From: an uncultured Salinisphaerales bacterium
GTDB taxonomy: Bacteria; Pseudomonadota; Gammaproteobacteria; Nevskiales; Nevskiaceae
DNA length: 64,000 nt
Reading direction: 5' to 3'
NCBI GenBank assembly: GCA_964535755.1
Contig: CAZHTI010000001.1
Location: 20,720-84,719 of the forward strand
The notes beneath the pieces are model-generated. The model did not search any database. It saw only the letters and a program-made list of their open reading frames with translations, and had not been told where the DNA came from. The stretch's first letter is position 1. Each line of letters begins with the position of its first letter. The position numbers and the translations under genes were made by a program. Positions 44,171 through 51,200 of this stretch are shown one piece after another.

Positions 44171-46301
44171 TCGCCCGCTGCGCCGCCACGCCTTGGCGCT
44201 CGCGGCCGCGCTATTGGCACAACCGAGTGCAATTGCGCTGCCGAGCTTGGCGGAGCTCAAGGCGGATGGCCAAGCGCTCTCTGCTGCCGCCACCGCGAAG
44301 AGCGCCGCGGCGGCTCAGCAGCCCGCGGAGCAGCCAGCGAGCAAGTCGGCCCAAGCTCATGTCACCGCGCAGCCTCCCGCAGGGAGTCCCGCGAAGCCAC
44401 CTCCAGTCGCAATAGCCTCTGCGGCTAAACGGCATGAGCAGGTCGTCGCACCTGCGCCGAGTTCCGAGTTCTTCTACCGCGCTGGCGAAGCTGCTGATGC
44501 CCACCGGGTGGCCGCCCCTCCTGCGGCCACGTCGCCCCGCCCTAGCCTCAAACAGCTCAGCACGCCGACAACGCCTGCTAGCGCAGACACCGCGTTGGCA
44601 GCAGCCCCAGTCGCTCTGCCCCAGCGGCGGCCAGATCGCAGCGTGCAATATCGAGCAATCCCCAGTGCGGAAGCAGTCGACCCGAACGCTGCGACCGGCA
44701 TCCCCAAACTCGCGCCGCAAGAGGTCCGCAGCCCCACCATCGGCGCACCGGTGCCAGACCGTTGGCGCTTGGTGAATGACTTGGGCCTGCTCAAAGAAAA
44801 CCCGCTCGACCCCTATAACCAGAACACACTGAAGGGCGATAAACCCATCCGTGGCGACGACGAGTTTTTAATTCTCTCGGCCATTGCCGACAGCATCTGG
44901 GAACCACGCCGTGTGCCCACACCGGTGAGCCCGCAGAGCACGACGCGGCCGGGTAGCGTGGATATCTTCGGCGGTAGCACACAGAACGTACTGGCCACCA
45001 GCATCATCGTGCCGATCATTTATTTGAAGGGCGACACCGCGTTTAAACCGCCAGATTACGAGCTGCACTTCACGCCCGCCTTCAACTTTAATCACGTCCA
45101 AGTGGAGGAGAACCGCGCGCTACGCATCAGCCCCGGCGAGAGCCGCACGCGGCGCGAGACCTTCATCGGCGTGCAGGAATTGTTCGCCGACTATCACCTG
45201 CGCAATGTCTCGGACCGCTACGATTTCGACTCCATTCGCGTCGGCATCCAGCCGATTTCCTTAGATTTTCGCGGCTTCCTGTTCCAAGACCTGCCGATGT
45301 CGGTGCGCTTGTTCGGCACCCGCGACAACAACTACTGGCAGTACAACATTCTCTGGGCCCGCCGCTTAGAGAAGGACACCAACAGCCTGCTCAACAGCAT
45401 CAACCAGAAGCTGCGGGATGACGACGTTTTCGCGGTCAACCTGTTCCGGCAAGATTGGCCGGTGGTCGGCTTCACCACCCAAGGCATCGTCGCCCACAAC
45501 GTCAATCGAGAAGGCCAAGAGGTTTACTACAACCGCAATGGCTTCATCGAGCGGCCCGGCTCCTTCGGCTTAGAAAAAGGCCGGAACTACCAAGTGACGT
45601 ATCTAGGCCTCAATGGCGACGGCCACTTTGGCCGCACCAACCTCACCGCTGCGGCCTATTTGGCCGTTGGGCGTGAATCCCGTGGCGCGTTTATCGACCG
45701 CCCACGCGAGGTTTTTGCGGGCTTTGCCGCCGCCGAAGCCTCTTGGGATTTCGACTGGACTCGGCTGCGCGTTTCTGGCCTCTATGCCAGCGGCGACCCA
45801 GACCCATTCGACGATACCGCGAATGGCTACGACGCCATCAACGAGCTACCGCTGATTGCCGGTGCTGACACCAGCTACCACATCCGCCAGAGCATCCCGC
45901 TGATCGGCGGCGGCGGCGTTGCGCTGACCACCCGCAACGGCGTACTCAACAACCTGCGCACCAGCATCCAGCACGGGCAGAGCAACTTTGCCAACCCAGG
46001 AACCGTCATCTTGGGCGTGGGGACCGACTTTGACTTGAGCCCGACCTTCCGCCTGAGCACCAATGTGAACCACGTCCGGTTTGCCGACTCAACGGTGCTG
46101 GAAGTTGCGCGCAACCAAGGCAATATCTCGGAAGAACTCGGCTGGGATGTATCGGTCGCCAGTATCTGGCGGCCGTTTATGACCCAGAACATCGTCATCC
46201 GAGTGTCCTACGCAGAGATGTTGCCCGGCAAAGGCTTTAAGCAGTTATTCCCCGATCAACGGGGTTATTCGATGTTGGCCAATCTGGTGTTTACGTATTA
46301 G
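44151..46301 (+). CDS. Putative outer-membrane beta-barrel protein with Ala/Pro-rich N-terminal linker
   Basis: ATG at 44151 (M171 of the track ORF) gives signal peptide MSAPENNRPLRRHALALAAALLAQPSAIA. aa ~30-200 are low-complexity Ala/Pro/Ser/Gln. The remaining ~510 aa have alternating beta-strand-like patterning and end in NLVFTY (aromatic terminal residue typical of OMPs). Overlaps the upstream gene by 20 nt. Confidence 0.65.
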   Translation: MSAPENNRPLRRHALALAAALLAQPSAIALPSLAELKADGQALSAAATAKSAAAAQQPAEQPASKSAQAHVTAQPPAGSPAKPPPVAIASAAKRHEQVVAPAPSSEFFYRAGEAADAHRVAAPPAATSPRPSLKQLSTPTTPASADTALAAAPVALPQRRPDRSVQYRAIPSAEAVDPNAATGIPKLAPQEVRSPTIGAPVPDRWRLVNDLGLLKENPLDPYNQNTLKGDKPIRGDDEFLILSAIADSIWEPRRVPTPVSPQSTTRPGSVDIFGGSTQNVLATSIIVPIIYLKGDTAFKPPDYELHFTPAFNFNHVQVEENRALRISPGESRTRRETFIGVQELFADYHLRNVSDRYDFDSIRVGIQPISLDFRGFLFQDLPMSVRLFGTRDNNYWQYNILWARRLEKDTNSLLNSINQKLRDDDVFAVNLFRQDWPVVGFTTQGIVAHNVNREGQEVYYNRNGFIERPGSFGLEKGRNYQVTYLGLNGDGHFGRTNLTAAAYLAVGRESRGAFIDRPREVFAGFAAAEASWDFDWTRLRVSGLYASGDPDPFDDTANGYDAINELPLIAGADTSYHIRQSIPLIGGGGVALTTRNGVLNNLRTSIQHGQSNFANPGTVILGVGTDFDLSPTFRLSTNVNHVRFADSTVLEVARNQGNISEELGWDVSVASIWRPFMTQNIVIRVSYAEMLPGKGFKQLFPDQRGYSMLANLVFTY

Positions 46302-46328
46302 CCACAGGACGTGGCAAGGGAGACGAAA

Positions 46329-47012
46329 ATGATGCCCAAATGGATGAGACGCGCAGGAGTTGCCGCGCTATTCGGCCTAACCAGCCTAGGTCTCAACGCC
46401 GCCGATCACGTCGATGCGCCCGGCACGGATACCGCCCCTGGTCGCAACCCACAAGTACTCGGAGCGGACATGGCCGATGTCTTCATCTTCCGCCGAGACG
46501 GTGCCTTAGTCGGTGGCATCACCTTTGCGGGCACCCCCGCACCTCGGTCTAGGGTCGATGGCAGCATCGGCAGCTACGACCCCGATGTGATCTACCTCTA
46601 CAACATCGACACCAACGCTGACGCGCGGCCAGAGTTCGTAGTGAAGATGCGCTTCGGCCGCAATGGTGCTGGTCAATGGGGCGTGGAGTTTGAAGACCTG
46701 CCCGGCGCAGGCACAAAGTATGTATTTGGCCCCGTGGAGACGGTACTGCGCTCACGCAACGGCTTGAAGGTATTTGCAGGCCGTAAGGATGACCCCTTCT
46801 TTTTTGACGTCCAAGGCTTCAACGCCACACTCGCCACTTTTGGTGATGACTCTGCACCCAACGGCACCTTGCAGTTCAATGGCAACCGCGATTCCTTCGG
46901 TAGCCGCAATCTCACGGCCCTCGTCTTCGAGATGGATCTCGTGACCATCGCCACCAGAGCACAAAACAATGAGTTGCGGGTTTGGGCCACCACTGAACGC
47001 CTGATGCGCTAG
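46329..47012 (+). CDS. Secreted DUF4331-family protein (N-terminal-half type)
   Basis: ATG at 46329 with AAGGGAG upstream and a signal peptide. Mature N-terminus AADHVDAPGTD, ADMADVFIF and VFAGRKDDPFFFD match DUF4331 hallmarks as I remember them. Confidence 0.7.
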   Translation: MMPKWMRRAGVAALFGLTSLGLNAADHVDAPGTDTAPGRNPQVLGADMADVFIFRRDGALVGGITFAGTPAPRSRVDGSIGSYDPDVIYLYNIDTNADARPEFVVKMRFGRNGAGQWGVEFEDLPGAGTKYVFGPVETVLRSRNGLKVFAGRKDDPFFFDVQGFNATLATFGDDSAPNGTLQFNGNRDSFGSRNLTALVFEMDLVTIATRAQNNELRVWATTERLMR

Positions 47013-47023
47013 GGAGCACTGCC

Positions 47024-47677
47024 ATGTCCAGACACAATTACTTGCGCAATTTCCTATTGATCGGCCTCGCGGCAGCCGCCTCCGCCTGCGGCGGCGGCGG
47101 CGGCGGTGGGGGTGGCAGCAGCGGCGGAAGTCCTAGCCCAGAAGACCCGCGCGGCCCAGATCCTTTCGTATTTTCCACAGCCCCGCTGACTTCCTACCAA
47201 CGCATTGACCGCATGGGCGGCCCGGTCACCGCCACCGTACTCTTGCTGACTCGCGACAAAGACCCGTTCAACGCGGCAGACCCGCTCAACGATGCGGACT
47301 TCGTTGGCAGGCAGGTCACGCAACTCACCAAGATTCATTATGAGTTGGGCGACGATCTACAAGCTGCCGGTTTGACGCTGTGTTCGCGCCACTCTGCGGA
47401 CATTAACCAAGTCGACGTCAGCAAATGCGTGTCGCAAGCCGCGCCCTTTATCGTGCCGGACGTGCTCCGCTTAAAACTGAGCGAGCCCGACGGCTACCCC
47501 AATGGCCGCGACTTCTCCACCTCGGTAGTCAACCGCTTACTTGCCTTTGCCTTGCTCGACCGCGCTGTGCATGACATCGATACCGTAAACCGCGCCGGCA
47601 TCATCAGCCCCGCAAATAATGACGTCAGTTACTCAGCTACCTTCCCTTACTTGGGCGATCCGCACCTAGCACCCTGA
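47024..47677 (+). CDS. Lipoprotein resembling the C-terminal half of DUF4331 proteins
   Basis: Lipobox ASAC plus a Gly/Ser linker. IDRMGGPVTATVLL..KDPFNAADP, YPNGRDFSTSVVNRLL and C-terminal FPYLGDPH resemble the distal DUF4331 motifs. Confidence 0.65.
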   Translation: MSRHNYLRNFLLIGLAAAASACGGGGGGGGGSSGGSPSPEDPRGPDPFVFSTAPLTSYQRIDRMGGPVTATVLLLTRDKDPFNAADPLNDADFVGRQVTQLTKIHYELGDDLQAAGLTLCSRHSADINQVDVSKCVSQAAPFIVPDVLRLKLSEPDGYPNGRDFSTSVVNRLLAFALLDRAVHDIDTVNRAGIISPANNDVSYSATFPYLGDPHLAP

Positions 47678-47695
47678 GGTTCGGCAGCACCACCG

Positions 47696-47722
47696 AAAAG
47701 CCCGCGAAAGCGGGCTTTTTTT
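47696..47722. terminator. Bidirectional rho-independent terminator (end of the redox cluster / end of rimO)
   Basis: aaaAGCCCGC-gaaa-GCGGGCTttttttt at 47699-47722, between convergent stops 47677 and 47751. Confidence 0.8.
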
Positions 47723-47750
47723 GGTCAAATCGGCCGCCCGCTGCCCTTGC

Positions 47751-49115
47751 TTACTCCACCAACTCCCCCAGCAAGTCGTGCGCTGCGGCTTGAACGATCT
47801 CTACTTCGACAAACTGCCCCGGCTTGAGTGGCCGTGAGGAATTGACATAGACCTTGCCGTCGATCTCCGGTGCATCGGCGCTGGAGCGGGCGATGATTTC
47901 GCCCTGCTCACCGATCTCGTCAATCAGCACTTTCATCACGGTGCCGACCTTCTTCTTCAGCTTGGCCTTGCTGATTTTCTCCTGCGCTTTCATGAAGCGC
48001 TTGAGCCGATCTTGCTTGACGTTTTCGTCCAGAGCACCGGGCAGCTTATTGGCGGTAGCACCATCGACGGGCGAGTAAGCAAAAGCCCCAGCGCGGTCGA
48101 TTTTTGCCTCTTTGAGCCAAGCCAGTAGCTCCTCAAACTGAGCCTCAGTTTCACCTGGGAAACCGACGATAAAGGTCGAGCGCACGGTAAGCTCTGGGCA
48201 AATCCGTCGCCAAGCTTCTAAGCGCCGCAGCGTGTCCTCCGCCATGGCGGGGCGCTTCATGGCTTTCAGCACCTCACGATTGGCGTGCTGGAAGGGGATG
48301 TCCAAGTAAGGCAGGATCTTCCCTTGTGCCATCAAGGGGATGACGTGGTCAACATGTGGGTAGGGGTAGACGTAGTGCAGGCGCGTCCAAATGCCTAGCT
48401 CCGATAGGCCCTCGCACAAGCCCAACATCGACGCCGCATATTCCTTGCCGCGCCATTCGCCGTTGGCGTACTTCAAATCCAAGCCGTAGGCGCTGGTGTC
48501 TTGGCTGATGACCAGCAGTTCCTTGACGCCAGACTTTGCGAGTTTTTCCGCCTCGCGCAGGACGTCCCCCACTGGGCGCGACACCAACTTGCCGCGCATG
48601 CTGGGGATGATGCAAAAGCTGCACTTGTGGTTGCAGCCTTCAGAAATCTTCAAGTACGCGTAGTGCTTGGGCGTGAGTTTGATGCCCACTTCGTCCAAGG
48701 CGCGTGGGCGTGACGCGGACGACGCACTGCGGGGGATGAGGTCGGTGAACGGGTCGTGCTTAGGCGGTGCGGCTAAGTGCACGGCGCGCATCACGCTCTC
48801 GTAATCCTGCGGGCCAGAGATGCTGAGCACGTCCGGGAACTGCTGCAGGATGGTGTCCTTCTTCGCTCCCAAGCAGCCGGTGACGATGACCTTGCCGTTC
48901 TCGGCCATCGCTTCGCCGATGGCGTCTAAGCTTTCCTTGACCGCTGAGTCGATGAAACCACAGGTGTTGATGATGACTACGTCGGCGGCATCGTAGGTCG
49001 GCACGGTTTTGTAGCCCTCTACACGCAACTGCGTGAGGATGCGCTCGGAGTCCACCAGTGCCTTGGGGCACCCCAGAGACACGAATCCAACTTTGGGGGT
49101 GGCGGTACGGGCCAT
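47751..49115 (-). CDS. rimO: Ribosomal protein S12 methylthiotransferase
   Basis: ATG at 49115 (M28 of the track ORF). UPF0004 domain ([16 protein letters not shown]), radical-SAM CNHKCSFC, C-terminal TRAM. Confidence 0.93.
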   Translation of the reverse strand: MARTATPKVGFVSLGCPKALVDSERILTQLRVEGYKTVPTYDAADVVIINTCGFIDSAVKESLDAIGEAMAENGKVIVTGCLGAKKDTILQQFPDVLSISGPQDYESVMRAVHLAAPPKHDPFTDLIPRSASSASRPRALDEVGIKLTPKHYAYLKISEGCNHKCSFCIIPSMRGKLVSRPVGDVLREAEKLAKSGVKELLVISQDTSAYGLDLKYANGEWRGKEYAASMLGLCEGLSELGIWTRLHYVYPYPHVDHVIPLMAQGKILPYLDIPFQHANREVLKAMKRPAMAEDTLRRLEAWRRICPELTVRSTFIVGFPGETEAQFEELLAWLKEAKIDRAGAFAYSPVDGATANKLPGALDENVKQDRLKRFMKAQEKISKAKLKKKVGTVMKVLIDEIGEQGEIIARSSADAPEIDGKVYVNSSRPLKPGQFVEVEIVQAAAHDLLGELVE

Positions 49116-49224
49116 GCGACAACCTTTTCTAAACGAGCGCGAGCGGGGTGCGGAGTTTAACGGTAGAGCTGCGCAGCCGCTTTGTGACTGGCACACCGCC
49201 GCCTATGCGGCACGCAGCTCGGCC

Positions 49225-50946
49225 CTAAGCCGCTTGGACTTGCCGGATCATCAGCTGCAAAGACTCCTGCCCCTGCCAGCGGTTGATGGCGAGTTGGAAC
49301 GCGGCCTCGACTCGGCTGCCTAGGCCAAAGGCTGTCTCCGCACCATGGAAATGAACCGCTTCGATCGCAGCCGCAGCGCTCTGGCCCGGCAAACTCAGTC
49401 GGTAACGGGCGTGTTGCTGCTCGCTGCCCATCAGCCGCAAGCCCTGCACGACGAAACTTCCCTCAAACATCGGTTCGGGGAAGCCCTGCCCCCAAGGCTG
49501 GGCCGCCTCTAGTTGCTTTGCGGTATCGATGGTGAACTCGGCTGCTGCCAAAGGGCCATCAGTCTCCAGCCACTGCTCCAAGCTCTCAGGTGCCAGCGTG
49601 CTTTGGCAGAGTGCATCGAAGGCGGCGGCGAAGGCGGGGTAGTGCTCGGCGCGCAACGTTAAACCGGCGGCCATCGCATGGCCCCCGAAGCGCTCGATGA
49701 GCTGCGGATTGCGCGCCTGCAGGGCGGCTAGGGCATCGCGCAGATGAAAGCCGTCGATAGAGCGGGCGGAGCCCTTCAGCAGCGCGGGGTCCTCCGCCGG
49801 CGCGAAAGCAATCGCAGGCCGATGGTGCGCGTCCTTAAGCTTGCTGGCGATGAGGCCGACGATGCCCTCATGCCAGCTCGGGTCGTATGCCGTTACTCCG
49901 TAGGCACCGCTCCCTTCGGTAAGCAGCACCGCCTCCTCCGTCATTTGCTTTTGCAGGCTGCGGCGCTCGCGGTTGAGCGCGTCCAAGGCTTGGGCGATGG
50001 GCAGTCCCGACGCTGCATCGTCGGCCATGAGTAGGGCGATGCCCATGCGCATGTCGTCCAATCTCCCGGCGGCATTTAGGCGCGGCCCGAGCACGAAGCC
50101 CAAGTCGGTGCTGCGAATGGTCTCTGGCGCGCGTCCCGCCACTTTGAGGAGTGCGGCAATCCCGGCGCAGGCCTTGCCGGCGCGAATCCGCCGCAGTCCC
50201 AGCTCGACCAAGATGCGGTTGTTGTAATCGAGCCGGGCGAGGTCGGCGACGGTGCCTAGCGCCACTAAGTCCAGCAGCCCCGCCAACTGCGGCTCAGGCC
50301 CTAGGCGGAAGCGACCAGCCGCGCGCAGCCGCGCCCGCAGCGCGAGCAGCACATAGAACATCACGCCCACGCCGGCCAAAGCCTTGCTGGCAAAGCCACA
50401 GCCGGGTTGATTCGGATTGACGATGGCCGCCGCTGCGGGCAGCTGCTCGCCGGGTAAATGGTGGTCGGTAATCAATACGGCGATGCCCAAGGCATTGGCC
50501 GCCGCCACGCCCTCCACACTGGCGATGCCGTTATCCACCGTCACCAGCAACTCAGCGCCTTGAGCGTGGGCCAAGGCGACCAAGCCAGGGCTCAGGCCAT
50601 AGCCCATCTTGAAGCGATCCGGCACAACATAGCCCAAGTGCTCAGCGCCCAAAGCGCGTAAGCCCCGCAGCGCGACCGCGCAGGCCGTAGCACCGTCGGC
50701 GTCGTAGTCGGCAGCGATGATGATCTTCTGCTGGCGAACGATCGCCCGCTCTATCAATGCGGCGGCAGCATCAATCCCTAATAGTCCAGAGGGCGGCAAA
50801 AGACAGTCCGCCTCCAAGCGCAACTGCGCTGCGTCACAGAGACCGCGTGCGGCGTAGACCCGGCGCAACACTCGGGGCAGTGTGCTCGGTAGCGGGTCAA
50901 ATGCAGGAGTCGGGCGGGGTCTGAGCGGAAGGGGCAAATGCGGCAT
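49225..50946 (-). CDS. recJ: Single-stranded-DNA-specific exonuclease RecJ
   Basis: 573 aa. DHH motifs (IIIAADYDADGATA, VTVDNGI, ITDHH) and DHHA1 (GGHAMAAG). Confidence 0.93.
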   Translation of the reverse strand: MPHLPLPLRPRPTPAFDPLPSTLPRVLRRVYAARGLCDAAQLRLEADCLLPPSGLLGIDAAAALIERAIVRQQKIIIAADYDADGATACAVALRGLRALGAEHLGYVVPDRFKMGYGLSPGLVALAHAQGAELLVTVDNGIASVEGVAAANALGIAVLITDHHLPGEQLPAAAAIVNPNQPGCGFASKALAGVGVMFYVLLALRARLRAAGRFRLGPEPQLAGLLDLVALGTVADLARLDYNNRILVELGLRRIRAGKACAGIAALLKVAGRAPETIRSTDLGFVLGPRLNAAGRLDDMRMGIALLMADDAASGLPIAQALDALNRERRSLQKQMTEEAVLLTEGSGAYGVTAYDPSWHEGIVGLIASKLKDAHHRPAIAFAPAEDPALLKGSARSIDGFHLRDALAALQARNPQLIERFGGHAMAAGLTLRAEHYPAFAAAFDALCQSTLAPESLEQWLETDGPLAAAEFTIDTAKQLEAAQPWGQGFPEPMFEGSFVVQGLRLMGSEQQHARYRLSLPGQSAAAAIEAVHFHGAETAFGLGSRVEAAFQLAINRWQGQESLQLMIRQVQAA

Positions 50947-51200
50947 GGGAAGGGCTGATCAGCGACGGCAAAAGACGCGCCGCAGTATTGCGGCGAAGAC
51001 TAGAAACGCAAACCTGCTGAAAACAAAGACCGCCAGCACCAAACGCTTCGTCGGCTCAACTGCACCGATGGCGAAGGTAAATATTTACTTTTGCCGACAG
51101 ACTGCCTGCGGTTTGTTGAATCAACAGTCAGGTGTTGCCAGTATCGACGCCATTGATGGCCCAGCGGGGACATCCACATTAACGATTGGGGAATACGCCG

